In this document: positions 10,517 through 21,529 of the stretch, piece after piece | Layout: each line of letters starts with the position of its first letter | How positions within the stretch are numbered: the first letter of the stretch is position 1 | Source: a virus | Reading direction: 5' to 3' (one strand) | Length of the DNA: 64,000 bases | IMG/VR virus record: IMGVR_UViG_3300046007_008124 | Coordinates: 28,078-92,077 of that record | Translations under genes and position numbers: made by a program | Notes under the pieces: generated by a model | Database searches by the model: none | Told to the model about the DNA's origin: nothing | The model's input: the letters and a program-made list of their open reading frames with translations, nothing else

Positions 10517-11257
10517 ATGTTTGTAACAGTATGTAATAAAGAATACCTCATAGGATTTGAGGTAATGTTAAAATCTTTAATAGATAATAATCCAAGAGTT
10601 GTTACTGATAATTTACCATTTGTAATTATTACAAACGATTTAAACCCTGAAGATTTAGTCACCTCAAGAACAATTTATAATAATATACATATAAAAAGAT
10701 TTGACGAATCAAAATATTCACAAATAGAGGAATTAAAAAAACAACAAATGGCATTTGGTGATTATACCAAATATGAAATTTTTTCTTTGACCGAATTTAA
10801 AAAAATTATATTTTTAGACTCCGATACAATAATATTAGGAAACATTGATTACCTTATTGATTTTAAAGAACCATTTGGTTGTGTGAGAGAATTATTTATT
10901 GATCAATATAACACCGGTGTTATGGTAATCGAAAATAAATATTTAAATCCAAAAATTACAGAAGATTTAATCAATCTAACAAACATTTATGGTATTACAG
11001 AACATTTAGATCAGGACATAATAAATAATTATTTTATTGATGTTATCACGCCAATTCCATTGGAATACAACTATCTTAAAATATATTCAAAACAAATTTT
11101 TCAAAACACCGGACTTCCGGAGTATATTAAAATAATTCATTATGTTGTTAAAAAACCTTGGCAACAAAAACCATTGGTAATATTAGAAGAAGGAACACTA
11201 TGGACCGAAAGATATTGGTTTGAGTATTATTCAAAAGTACTAAAGTTAAAAATATAA
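10517..11257 (+). CDS. Glycosyltransferase family 8 (glycogenin/LgtC-like)
   Basis: IIFLDSDT (DxD), YNTGVMVI, DQDIIN and IIHYVVKKPW are classic GT8 motifs. Confidence 0.85.
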   Translation: MFVTVCNKEYLIGFEVMLKSLIDNNPRVVTDNLPFVIITNDLNPEDLVTSRTIYNNIHIKRFDESKYSQIEELKKQQMAFGDYTKYEIFSLTEFKKIIFLDSDTIILGNIDYLIDFKEPFGCVRELFIDQYNTGVMVIENKYLNPKITEDLINLTNIYGITEHLDQDIINNYFIDVITPIPLEYNYLKIYSKQIFQNTGLPEYIKIIHYVVKKPWQQKPLVILEEGTLWTERYWFEYYSKVLKLKI

Positions 11258-12165
11258 TGGTTAAAAGACATTACGGACAACACGAGCTATTGGAGTATGT
11301 TGAATTAGATAAAGACGCTCAAACATTAGAAGGAAAAGTAATTTTAATGCACTTTGATTCTTTTTGTCTTGGCGATACAATTTGTTTTTCCTCTTTTATT
11401 GACGCTTTTCTTGATTATCACAAACCAAAAAAAGTAATTATCTCAACATTTTTTATACACTTATTCAAATCAACGGATGAAAGATATGAATTTATTAACG
11501 CAAATCAAAAATTAAAATTAACTGTTGATAAATTAATTGATGTTGGTTACGATAAAAATAGTTTAGAAGATACAAAAGGTGGTATGATGTGGGCAACAAA
11601 AAGAACAATGATGTTACCACAAGAAACAAAACCTAGAAAATGTCCGGTTATTCCATATGAAAGAAAAATAATCCCAAATAAAATAACAATTGCACCAGAG
11701 TCATTAAAAAAAATTGCTCAGTGGAACCATTTTGGAAATTACGGTTGGCAATCATTGGTAAATGAAATTGTAAATTCTGGATTTGTGGTTTCAAATGTTT
11801 CATACGAAAATACAATGAATTTACAAAATGTAACTGGTTTTCACGGTCACGATGATATTAGGGTTGCATTAAATGAAATTTTATCATCACGAGTATTTGT
11901 GGGATTATCTTCTGGACTTGCTTGGCTTGCTTGGGCTTACGGTGTTCCGGTTGTTATGATTTCTGGCTTTACAAAAGAACATAATGAATTTAATTGTTAT
12001 AGAGTTACAAATAAACTTTCTTGTAATGGTTGTTTTAATTTATTTCAAAATATACAATCAACTTGTCCTTTATTTTTGGGTACCGATAGAGAAAATGAGT
12101 GTCATAAATCAATTACACCACAAATGGTTATTGACAAAATAAACGAAGCTCTTAAATTTAATTAA
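11257..12165 (+). CDS. Aah/TibC-like (autotransporter O-heptosyltransferase family) GT-B protein
   Basis: LGDTI catalytic-loop motif; FVGLSSGLAWLAWAYGVPVVMISGFT; C-terminal four-Cys iron-finger pattern CNGCFN...CP...ECHKSITPQMV. Confidence 0.75.
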   Translation: MVKRHYGQHELLEYVELDKDAQTLEGKVILMHFDSFCLGDTICFSSFIDAFLDYHKPKKVIISTFFIHLFKSTDERYEFINANQKLKLTVDKLIDVGYDKNSLEDTKGGMMWATKRTMMLPQETKPRKCPVIPYERKIIPNKITIAPESLKKIAQWNHFGNYGWQSLVNEIVNSGFVVSNVSYENTMNLQNVTGFHGHDDIRVALNEILSSRVFVGLSSGLAWLAWAYGVPVVMISGFTKEHNEFNCYRVTNKLSCNGCFNLFQNIQSTCPLFLGTDRENECHKSITPQMVIDKINEALKFN

Positions 12166-12170
12166 AAATT

Positions 12171-13055
12171 ATGGAAAAAAAATATAGTGTATTTCACATA
12201 GAGGGTGGTCTTGGTAAACATGTTTTAGCAACAGCAGTTGCAAGATGTATTAAAAATAATCATCCGGATAGAGAACTAATTGTTGTTTGTGCTTATCCAG
12301 AAATTTATCTTAATTTAGATTTTGTTAATCGTGTGTATAGATTAGGTAACACACCTTATTTTTATGACGATTATATAAATGAAAAAGATAGTTTAATTTT
12401 CAAACACGAACCGTACTTTACTGAAGATCATATTCATAAAAAATTATCATTAATCCAAAACTGGTGTAAATTATTTAACCTTGAGTATAGTAATGAAAAA
12501 CCAGAACTTGTTTTTAATTTAAGACAACAACAAATTGGTATTAATAAATGGCAAAGACAAAGACCAATTATGGTTATTCAAACAAACGGTGGACCATTAA
12601 ATGACCAACCGTATCCGTATTCTTGGACAAGAGATATACCTATGGACACTGCTCAACAAATTGTAAATTCATTTAAAGACTATTATCATATAATTCAAAT
12701 TTGTAGACACGAATCAAATGCTCTTCAAGGTGTTGAGGTAATTAAAGAACCGATGTCAAATATGGAATTATTTTCACTTCTTTTATTTTCACAAAAAAGA
12801 TTGTTAATTGATTCTTGTTTACAACATGCCGCAGCAGCGCTTGGTTTACAATCAACAGTTCTTTGGGTTGGTACATCACCAAAAGTATTTGGTTATAATT
12901 TACATAATAATATTGTAGCACAACTACCAAACACAGTCAAACTTCCGGATAGTTATTTATTTGACTATAACTTTAATGGAATGGTTCACGAATGTCCGTT
13001 ATTTGACACAAACATCTTTAACATAAACGAAATAATAGAATCACTAAAAAATTAA
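12171..13055 (+). CDS. GT9-like (ADP-heptose transferase superfamily) glycosyltransferase
   Basis: N-terminal IEGGLGK; C-terminal IDSCLQHAAAALGLQSTVLW matches the GT9 DSxxxHxAAALGxP pattern. Confidence 0.65.
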   Translation: MEKKYSVFHIEGGLGKHVLATAVARCIKNNHPDRELIVVCAYPEIYLNLDFVNRVYRLGNTPYFYDDYINEKDSLIFKHEPYFTEDHIHKKLSLIQNWCKLFNLEYSNEKPELVFNLRQQQIGINKWQRQRPIMVIQTNGGPLNDQPYPYSWTRDIPMDTAQQIVNSFKDYYHIIQICRHESNALQGVEVIKEPMSNMELFSLLLFSQKRLLIDSCLQHAAAALGLQSTVLWVGTSPKVFGYNLHNNIVAQLPNTVKLPDSYLFDYNFNGMVHECPLFDTNIFNINEIIESLKN

Positions 13056-13056
13056 A

Positions 13057-13875
13057 ATGGTACAAAAAATTTTCTTTCAAAGCTCACTACCTAGAGCAGG
13101 GTCTACATTACTACAAAATGTAATGGGTCAAAATCCAGATTTTTACGTTACACCAACATCAGGTGTATTAGAACTTGTATATGCCGCAAGAGCAAATTAC
13201 ACTTCATCACCAGAATTTAAAGCACAAGATACTCAACTAATGAGAGAAGGGTTTTTAAATTTTTGTAATCAAGGTGTTCAAGGTTTTTTTAATGCTGTAA
13301 CGGATAAACCCTATGTTTTAGATAAAAGTAGGGGTTGGGGTGTTCATTACGGATTTTTAAATTCATTTTATCCTAACCCAAAAGTAATTTGTATGGTTAG
13401 AGATTTAAGAGGAATTTTTGCATCTATGGAAAAAAACTTTAGAAAAAATCAACATATGGATTCTGGAATTGTAAATCACGCACAAATGCAAGGAACAACA
13501 ACAGAAAAAAGAATTGATATTTGGGCACAGTCACAACCGGTAGGATTAGCAATAGAAAGGTTACATCAAATTTTTAAAGAAGGTAACAATCAAAAAATGT
13601 TATTTGTTAAGTTTGAGGATTTTTCATCAAACCCAAAAAAAGAAATGGAACGTATCTATCAATACTTGGAATTACCTTATTATGAACATGATTTTAATAA
13701 TGTTCAACAAATTACACAAGAAGATGACAGTGTGTATGGAATTTATGGTGACCATAAAATAAAAAGTAAAATAGAACCATTAAAACCAGATTATAAAGAA
13801 GTTTTGGGTGTTAACGCATCTAACTGGGTTAAATCTAATTATCAATGGTTTTATGATCAATTTGGATATTTTTGA
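13057..13875 (+). CDS. PAPS-dependent sulfotransferase
   Basis: 5'-PSB loop SLPRAGSTLL, 3'-PB motif MVRDLRGIFAS, and VKFEDFSSNPKKEMERIYQYL. Confidence 0.85.
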   Translation: MVQKIFFQSSLPRAGSTLLQNVMGQNPDFYVTPTSGVLELVYAARANYTSSPEFKAQDTQLMREGFLNFCNQGVQGFFNAVTDKPYVLDKSRGWGVHYGFLNSFYPNPKVICMVRDLRGIFASMEKNFRKNQHMDSGIVNHAQMQGTTTEKRIDIWAQSQPVGLAIERLHQIFKEGNNQKMLFVKFEDFSSNPKKEMERIYQYLELPYYEHDFNNVQQITQEDDSVYGIYGDHKIKSKIEPLKPDYKEVLGVNASNWVKSNYQWFYDQFGYF

Positions 13876-13878
13876 TTT

Positions 13879-14334
13879 ATGAAAGAGAAAAAAATATATT
13901 GGTTTACCGGACAACCTGGTGCTGGAAAAACGGTGTTATCTTTAAGATTAAAAAAGTATTTAGAACAAGAATATGGACAAGAAGTATTCCATATTGATGG
14001 TGATGAGTTAAGAGTTTTATTTAAAAACATAAACTACGGTAGAGAAGGTCGTGAGGAAAATATAAAAAGAGCTCAAGATATTGCAAAATTTATTCACTCA
14101 CAAGGTTATGATGTAATTGTTAGTTTAGTTGCACCATATAAAGAAATGAGGGAAAGTTTTAAGTATGATTTAAAAAATTTACTAGTTGAGTTTTATGTTC
14201 ACACAACAGACATTAGAGGTAGAGAACATTTTCACACGGATGAATATGAAGGTCCTACAGAAAATTTTGTAGATATTGATACAACAAATGTTGATCCACA
14301 AATATCATTAAACGAAATAATCAAACACATATGA
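13879..14334 (+). CDS. cysC: Adenylyl-sulfate (APS) kinase
   Basis: WFTGQPGAGKT P-loop, IDGDELR, GREENIKR and VSLVAPY. Confidence 0.88.
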   Translation: MKEKKIYWFTGQPGAGKTVLSLRLKKYLEQEYGQEVFHIDGDELRVLFKNINYGREGREENIKRAQDIAKFIHSQGYDVIVSLVAPYKEMRESFKYDLKNLLVEFYVHTTDIRGREHFHTDEYEGPTENFVDIDTTNVDPQISLNEIIKHI

Positions 14335-14783
14335 GTTGGGAAAAGAAAAATTATGGGGGGGATCCAACAACAAATGAAAGTAAAAAATATGCAATTTTTA
14401 TTGGCCGTTATCAACCACCACATTTTGGGCATTTAGAGTTATTTGAACAAAAACTAAAACAAGGAGTTCCAATTTTAATTATGGTTAGGGATATTGAACC
14501 AGATGAAAAAAATCCTTTTACAACAGAGCAAACAGTGTTTTTATTGGAAAAATATTTTTCAAATAAAAAATTAGATGTTAAGGTTATGGTTATTCCTGAT
14601 ATTGAGTCGGTAAATTTTGGTCGTGGTGTTGGTTATGAGGTTAATGAATTTATACCACCAAAAGACATTGGTGGGATTTCAGCAACTGGAATTAGAAATT
14701 CCATTAAAAATAAAGATGATTATTGGAAAAAAATGATAGACGAATCAATCCAAAACGATATTTTTAATTTTTTGACTAATTAA
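14331..14783 (+). CDS. HxGH (cytidylyltransferase-like) nucleotidyltransferase
   Basis: FIGRYQPPHFGH and ISATGIR motifs; start overlaps the cysC stop (ATGA). Confidence 0.8.
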   Translation: MSWEKKNYGGDPTTNESKKYAIFIGRYQPPHFGHLELFEQKLKQGVPILIMVRDIEPDEKNPFTTEQTVFLLEKYFSNKKLDVKVMVIPDIESVNFGRGVGYEVNEFIPPKDIGGISATGIRNSIKNKDDYWKKMIDESIQNDIFNFLTN

Positions 14784-15599
14784 ACTATCAAACTCTGAAA
14801 AATTATTATCTTTTATTACAATATAATTATAAATTTTTTCAGATGTTTCTTTTTTAAGTTCATTAATTCTTTGGTTTTTTTGCCACATATATGATGATTT
14901 TATTTCTATTACAATATTGGTATTTTTAATTTTAAAATCCGAAAAATAATTGTGTGTTAAACCATTATCATCTACGTATTCAATTACCGGACCTCTTTCT
15001 AACATCGTAAACAGTCCAATTTTTTCACAGTATTTAATAAATTCTAACTCATAAGTACTTTGATAATCAATTCCTTTATATTGTTTAATTATGGTTTTTC
15101 CCCATCTGTTTTGTGGTTTTAATATACCAGTTTTATACGCCTTTTTAATTGACTCACTTAATTTTTTTTTAGTTTCTTCTGATCTTTTTGTACCCTTGTT
15201 TTTTTTAGCAATCTTTTTCCAAACTTGTTTATTAATATTATTTTGTTTTGTTGAGTCCCAGGTAAATGGATTACCACGTTCTTCTAACATCTTATTTCGT
15301 GCTTTAATAAAATTTTCATTTGGTTCTACACCATACATACCATTTCTATTACCTTTATTCATACATTTAAAACAATAATCAATATTACCATTTATTCCAC
15401 AAATTCTTTTTTCAAATGTGGCACCACAATCATCACATTTTATTTTTAATTTTATTCTTCTGTATGATGTTGTTTTCAATAACGACCAATTTATAAAAAA
15501 AGGTTTATTTATTTCTGGAGTAAAACCTAGTTTTGTTTCCCAAGTTTTAAGTTTTAATTTAGATTTAATTTTTATTTCTACCATTTCATTTAGTACCAT
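14745..15599 (-). mobile_element. Free-standing putative homing endonuclease (Zn ribbon + NUMOD3-like + PD-(D/E)xK domain)
   Basis: CDDC...CFKC, KRSEETKKKLSESIK, YQSTYE...YFSDF...IEIKS. Lies antisense within a + strand operon. Confidence 0.7.
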
Positions 15600-15719
15600 A
15601 ATCTTTTTTTATTATAAATACTACAAAATACAGATTAATACCAAGACAATTTGGTCACATTTAATTTTCTATTAATTTACATATAAATAATACATAATAT
15701 TTTTATAAAAAAATGACTT

Positions 15720-16160
15720 ATGAAAACGCAGAGCAAAACATATCAAATTAGATATAATACAATTTCAAAAAACGATACCGAAAGGTGGAGATTAATAGAA
15801 AATGGAAATGAAATTTTAGTTTCTGATATTATAATTGATGGTCATACGTACACAACAAAAGACTGGATACCGGAAATAAATGATTATAAGTGGCACATAA
15901 GTTGTGTTGGTTATTGTGTTGTTAAAAACAATATTGCATATATCACAACAATAAAAGAAGAATCTGTTGTTATTAGACATATATTAAAAACACTAACATA
16001 TAGATTTTTTGCAACAATTACAACAATTACAACAGCATTATTATTAGGTGCATCAATTGAGGTTTCGTCATTAATTGGTTTAGGTGAATTACTAATAAAA
16101 CCTATAATTTATTTTTTCCACGAACGAGTTTGGTATAAATTTATAAAAGTTAAAAAATAG
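15720..16160 (+). CDS. DUF2061-containing membrane protein with extra N-terminal domain
   Basis: C-terminal RHILKTLTYRFFAT...KPIIYFFHERVW matches the DUF2061 pattern. Confidence 0.7.
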   Translation: MKTQSKTYQIRYNTISKNDTERWRLIENGNEILVSDIIIDGHTYTTKDWIPEINDYKWHISCVGYCVVKNNIAYITTIKEESVVIRHILKTLTYRFFATITTITTALLLGASIEVSSLIGLGELLIKPIIYFFHERVWYKFIKVKK

Positions 16161-16192
16161 TCTTATTTGTTGTATTTATTGTAAAACAATAG

Positions 16193-16612
16193 ATGAGTCA
16201 AAGTATTACAATAAATAGTGTTTTATATGATGGTGAGTTAGCAAGTATATTATTCAAACCAGACAATTCTGACGATGTAATTAATCTTGGTCTTGTTGAG
16301 TTACCTTTTACATTTTATCCTAATTTATTAAGTCCACCAAGAGAAGTATATGGTAGTTATACAATTTTGGTTCAAGGTTCAAGTTGTTCAAAAACATTAA
16401 ATGTTCCAAGACCAACACCTACACCTACACCAACAGTTACTCCTACAAGGACCCAAACACCAACACCCACACCAACTAATACACCAACACCATCTTTTGA
16501 TCCGTGTAAAGTACCAACACCAACACCAACTAATACACCAACACCAACTAATACACCAACAGTAACACCAACACCAACAGTTTCTTGTACAAATCCATGT
16601 GGTTGTTTTTAA
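16193..16612 (+). CDS. Small Pro/Thr-rich (mucin-like stalk) putative virion protein
   Basis: Long (PT)n tracts; TATTTAT motif upstream. Confidence 0.65.
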   Translation: MSQSITINSVLYDGELASILFKPDNSDDVINLGLVELPFTFYPNLLSPPREVYGSYTILVQGSSCSKTLNVPRPTPTPTPTVTPTRTQTPTPTPTNTPTPSFDPCKVPTPTPTNTPTPTNTPTVTPTPTVSCTNPCGCF

Positions 16613-16653
16613 CAACAACTTTATAATAAAGACAAATGTTTTATAATTAATTA

Positions 16654-19600
16654 ATGCAACAAATAGAAATTACAGGAGTTACCGGAACAGGACCTTATCA
16701 AGTCGAAGTTTGTGATATAACAAACACAACTTGTGTTGTTGTAACTGGATCAACAATTATTCCGCCAACATATACTTTTGATGTTCCACCACCATTTGTT
16801 GGTACAAACTCTTTATTAATCAAAATTACAGATTCATTAGGTTGTGAGGTATTCCAATACTACTCTTGTCCACCAACTCCCACACCAACACCAACTCCGA
16901 CATTAACTCCAACACCTACACCAACATATCTTTGTTATTGTATTACAGCAATTAACACAACAAATAATAATGGATATTTTAATTACATAGATTGTAATGG
17001 AAATTTACAATCATCTGTATTTGTTGCAAGTGGAACAACATATTATACTTGTGGGATTCACCCATCAAGTCAAATTAATGTAAAAACAACTGTTGGTGGG
17101 TTTTGTGATTCAAATCAGTCTTGTCCGACACCATCTTGTACTCCAACACCAACAAATACACCAACACCAACACCAACACAAAAAGGTAGGTTTAAAGCGT
17201 TATATAGAACAACAAATACCTCATCTGGTTCATCTGGAGCAAGTCAATTAAGATTACCATTAGAATCAACTGGTAATTATAACTTTACGGTTTATTGGGG
17301 TGACGCGTCAAGTGATGTAATTACAGTATGGAATGATCCATTAACAACACATACCTATGCAGCGCCTGGTGATTATCTTGTTGAGATTGATGGAACAATA
17401 GAAGGTTTTAGATTTGCAAATACCGGTGATAGGAAAAAGATATTAAGTGTTTCAGATTGGGGTATTTTAAAATTTGGAAACAACGGTGATTACTTTTATG
17501 GTTGCTCAAATTTGACATTAAATTCAGTTAATGATACTCCAGATGTTTCATTAACAACAAATATGTCTCAAGCATTTAGGGAATGTTCATCACTTACATC
17601 ATTTAATAATTTAAATTCTTGGAATATGTCCCAAGTAACTGATACATCATATATGTTTGCAATATGCCCAACATTTAATCAAAACATTGGTTCTTGGGAT
17701 GTATCGTCTGTTACAAATATGCAATCAATGTTTTATAATTGTTCTTTATTTAATCAAGATATTACAAACTGGAATGTATCAAATGTTGATGATATGTCGT
17801 ATATGTTTTGTGAAGCGGCATTATTTGATCAACCAATAACCGGTTGGTCGGTATCTGCTGTAACAAATATGGCTGGAATGTTTTCTGATGCAATATCATT
17901 TGACCAAAACATCGGAACTTGGGATGTTTCAAATGTTAGTTTTATGAACAATATGTTTGAGGGTGTTGTATTATCAACACAAAATTATGATTCAATATTA
18001 TGTGGTTGGTCTAACTTACCAACACTACAATCAAACGTTGTCTTTGATGGTGGTAACTCTCAATATACAACTTCAGCAGTAACTTGCATTGTAACATTGT
18101 CGACATCACCATATGATTGGACAATACTAAATGGTGGTCAATCAAGATTTGAATCAACTTGGGATACAACATTAACCTCATTAGGTTCTTCATTAGGAAA
18201 TCAAGTTATGTTACCTTTAGAATTAACAGGGATATACAACTTTTTTGTTGATTGGGGTGATGGAAATTCGGATAATATTACGGTATGGAACGATCCGGCA
18301 ACAACACATACATATGTGACATCAGGAATTTACACAATAAAAATATATGGGCAAATAGAAGGCTGGAGATTTAATAACACCGGTGATAGATTAAAACTGT
18401 TAAGCATTCAAAGCTGGGGGTCTGATTTCAGATTAGGTAATAATGGTTCATATTTTAATGGTTGTACTAATTTAGACTTAAGTGGTGTTTCAGATATTTT
18501 AGATTTACAAGGAACAACTACTTTATTTAGGACATTTAGAAACTGTGGTTCTTTAACAACTGTTTCTAATATGAATTTATGGGACACATCAAATGTCACA
18601 AATATGTCAGAAATGTTTATTAATTCATCATTTAATCAACCAATTGGAACTTGGGACACATCTTCTGTTACAGATATGAGTAGTACATTTTTTAATGCCG
18701 CATCATTTAACCAACCAATTGGAACTTGGGACACATCTTCTGTTACAACAATGTTTCAAATGTTTGCTTTTGCAACATTATTTAACCAACCAATTGGAAC
18801 TTGGGACACATCTTTTGTTCTAACTATGGGTGGTATGTTTGCCAACGCAACATCGTTTAATCAAAATCTTGGATCTTGGAACATAATATCTGTTACAGAT
18901 ATGAATGGTATGTTGAACAGTTGTGGAATGAGTTCAACAAACTACGATTCAACATTATGTGGTTGGTCATTACTACCAACATTACAAACTGGGGTTTTAT
19001 TAGGCGCTTTAGGTTTATTTTATTCACCAGCCGGTCTTACTTGTAGAAATATATTAACCGGAACATATTCTTGGGTAATAACCGGTGACAACCCTTTAGT
19101 AGTAACACCGTTTGTCTCAAATTGGGACACAACTCAAACAAGTGGTGGTTCATCATTAGCAAACCAAGTACAGTTACCATTAGATTTTAGTGGTACATAT
19201 AACTTTACCGTAGATTGGGGTGATGGGTCACCAATTGATACAATAACGGTATGGAATGATCCATTAACTTTACATACTTATGGTGTGTCTGGAACATATA
19301 CAATAACAATTACAGGACAAATAGAAGGATTTAGATTTAATAATACTGGTGATAGAGATAAATTATTAAATATTACAAGTTGGGGTCCTAATTTTAGATT
19401 AGGTAATAATAATAGTTATTTTTATGGTTGTACAAATTTAGATTTAAGTTTTGTTTCAGATATTTTGGATTTAACAGGTACAATATCAATGACTAATACT
19501 TTTAGAGATTGTACATCATTAACAACAGTAAATAATATGAACTTGTGGGACACATCTTCAATTGTAAGTATGTCTAGTATGTTTCGTAACGCAACATCAT

Positions 19601-20235
19601 TTAATCAACCAATTGGAACCTGGGATACCTCTTCCGTTACAACTATGGGTAGTATGTTTAATAATGCAACATTATTTAACCAACCAATTGGTACTTGGAT
19701 TACATCTTTAGTTACAAATATGACTCTTATGTTTGCTGGCGCAACATCATTTAACCAACCAATTGGAACCTGGGATGTATCTTCGGTTATAACTATAAAT
19801 GCTATGTTTGATACTGCAATATCATTTAACCAACCAATTGGAACCTGGGATGTGTCAAATATTACAGATATGAGCGGTATGTTTCAAAGTGCTACATCAT
19901 TTAACCAACCAATTGGAACTTGGAATACATCGTTAGTTACAAATATGATTAGTATGTTTAATAATGCAACATTATTTAACCAACCAATTGGTACTTGGGA
20001 CGTTTCATTAGTGACAAGTATGAATAATATGTTAGATAATTGTGGGTTAAGTCAAGCAAATTATGATAACTTACTTATAGGTTGGTCAATATTACCATCA
20101 CTACAACTTGGTGTTACACTTGGTGCTTTAAATATACAATATACACAACCACCAAGTGCTGTGGCTTTAGCTAGAAATACAGTTTTAATTGGAACTTATG
20201 GATGGACAATTGTTGGTGATATTCCGGTACCATAA
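16654..20235 (+). CDS. PKD + DUF285 (BspA-like) repeat surface protein, three modules
   Basis: Three (V/Y)xWGDG...HTYxxxGxY PKD units, each followed by about 25-aa [20 protein letters not shown] repeats; PT linkers near the N-terminus. Confidence 0.85.
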   Translation: MQQIEITGVTGTGPYQVEVCDITNTTCVVVTGSTIIPPTYTFDVPPPFVGTNSLLIKITDSLGCEVFQYYSCPPTPTPTPTPTLTPTPTPTYLCYCITAINTTNNNGYFNYIDCNGNLQSSVFVASGTTYYTCGIHPSSQINVKTTVGGFCDSNQSCPTPSCTPTPTNTPTPTPTQKGRFKALYRTTNTSSGSSGASQLRLPLESTGNYNFTVYWGDASSDVITVWNDPLTTHTYAAPGDYLVEIDGTIEGFRFANTGDRKKILSVSDWGILKFGNNGDYFYGCSNLTLNSVNDTPDVSLTTNMSQAFRECSSLTSFNNLNSWNMSQVTDTSYMFAICPTFNQNIGSWDVSSVTNMQSMFYNCSLFNQDITNWNVSNVDDMSYMFCEAALFDQPITGWSVSAVTNMAGMFSDAISFDQNIGTWDVSNVSFMNNMFEGVVLSTQNYDSILCGWSNLPTLQSNVVFDGGNSQYTTSAVTCIVTLSTSPYDWTILNGGQSRFESTWDTTLTSLGSSLGNQVMLPLELTGIYNFFVDWGDGNSDNITVWNDPATTHTYVTSGIYTIKIYGQIEGWRFNNTGDRLKLLSIQSWGSDFRLGNNGSYFNGCTNLDLSGVSDILDLQGTTTLFRTFRNCGSLTTVSNMNLWDTSNVTNMSEMFINSSFNQPIGTWDTSSVTDMSSTFFNAASFNQPIGTWDTSSVTTMFQMFAFATLFNQPIGTWDTSFVLTMGGMFANATSFNQNLGSWNIISVTDMNGMLNSCGMSSTNYDSTLCGWSLLPTLQTGVLLGALGLFYSPAGLTCRNILTGTYSWVITGDNPLVVTPFVSNWDTTQTSGGSSLANQVQLPLDFSGTYNFTVDWGDGSPIDTITVWNDPLTLHTYGVSGTYTITITGQIEGFRFNNTGDRDKLLNITSWGPNFRLGNNNSYFYGCTNLDLSFVSDILDLTGTISMTNTFRDCTSLTTVNNMNLWDTSSIVSMSSMFRNATSFNQPIGTWDTSSVTTMGSMFNNATLFNQPIGTWITSLVTNMTLMFAGATSFNQPIGTWDVSSVITINAMFDTAISFNQPIGTWDVSNITDMSGMFQSATSFNQPIGTWNTSLVTNMISMFNNATLFNQPIGTWDVSLVTSMNNMLDNCGLSQANYDNLLIGWSILPSLQLGVTLGALNIQYTQPPSAVALARNTVLIGTYGWTIVGDIPVP

Positions 20236-20284
20236 CCATTTATTTATTTATTTCATTTTTTATTTTTATCTTAAAAAATATTAG

Positions 20285-21529
20285 ATGAATACCATATTTG
20301 TTCAAATCGCATCATTTAGAGATCCCCAACTTAATCCGACAATTAAAGATATGTTGGAAAATGCCAAATACCCAGAGAATTTAAGAATAGGAATTTGTAA
20401 TCAATATAATCCGGAAGACGAATTTAATTTAGATAAATTCAGAGATGATGATAGATTTAGAATTGATGATGTTTTAGATAAAGATTCACAAGGTGTTTGT
20501 TGGGCTCGCCACAAAGTACAACAAATGTATAGTGGAGAAACTTACACATTACAGATTGATTCTCATATGCGTTTTGAAAAAGATTGGGACAAGACTCTAA
20601 TTGAAATGTTAAAGGGGTTACAAGATAAAGGATATAAGAAACCATTACTTACAGGTTATGTATCTTCTTTTGATCCGGAAAATGACCCAAAAGGAAGAGT
20701 AACGGAACCTTGGAGAATGGCTTTTGATAGATTTACACCGGAAGGTTGTGTTTTCTTTTTACCTGAAACAATACCAGGATGGAAAGAATTAAAAGAACCA
20801 ATTACATCAAGATTTTATTCAGCACATTTTTGTTTTACATTAGGTGAATTTTCAGTTGAGGTTCAACACGATCCAAATTATTATTTTCACGGAGAAGAAA
20901 TATCAATTGCTGTTAGGGCATACACTTACGGATATGATTTGTTTCACCCACATAAAGTTGTTATCTGGCACGAATATACAAGAAAGGGAAGAACAAAACA
21001 TTGGGATGTTGATTCGGAGTGGTATAAGAAAAATGACGCATCACATAAAAGAAATAGAGAACTATTGGGAATTGATGGTTTAGTATTTTCTGGTGATAGT
21101 TCATTATATTTTGGTACCGAAAGAACAATTAGAGATTATGAAAAATATTCCGGAATTCTTTTTGAGAAAAGAGCTGTACAACAATATACAATAGATAAAA
21201 AATACTCACCAAATCCATACGAATATAAAACAGAAGAAGAATGGAAGGATAGTTTCCTTTCAATATTTAAACATTGTATTGACCTTTCATTTGATATGGT
21301 TAAAGAAACAGATTATGATTTTTGGGTTGTTGCATTTCATAATGGTAAAGATGAAACATTATATAGAAGAGATGCCGACCAAAATGAGATTGCAATGATG
21401 ATGAAAGATCCAGATAGATATTGTAAAATATGGAGAGAGTTTAATACAACGGAAAGACCAAAGTATTGGGTGGTTTGGCCACATAGTACATCAAAAGGTT
21501 GGTGTGATAGAATAACTGGGAATTTATGA
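20285..21529 (+). CDS. GT60-family polypeptide alpha-GlcNAc transferase-like protein
   Basis: IFVQIASFRDPQL, GVCWAR, LQIDSHMRF (DxH) and FHGEEISIAVRAYTYGYDLFHP. Confidence 0.82.
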   Translation: MNTIFVQIASFRDPQLNPTIKDMLENAKYPENLRIGICNQYNPEDEFNLDKFRDDDRFRIDDVLDKDSQGVCWARHKVQQMYSGETYTLQIDSHMRFEKDWDKTLIEMLKGLQDKGYKKPLLTGYVSSFDPENDPKGRVTEPWRMAFDRFTPEGCVFFLPETIPGWKELKEPITSRFYSAHFCFTLGEFSVEVQHDPNYYFHGEEISIAVRAYTYGYDLFHPHKVVIWHEYTRKGRTKHWDVDSEWYKKNDASHKRNRELLGIDGLVFSGDSSLYFGTERTIRDYEKYSGILFEKRAVQQYTIDKKYSPNPYEYKTEEEWKDSFLSIFKHCIDLSFDMVKETDYDFWVVAFHNGKDETLYRRDADQNEIAMMMKDPDRYCKIWREFNTTERPKYWVVWPHSTSKGWCDRITGNL

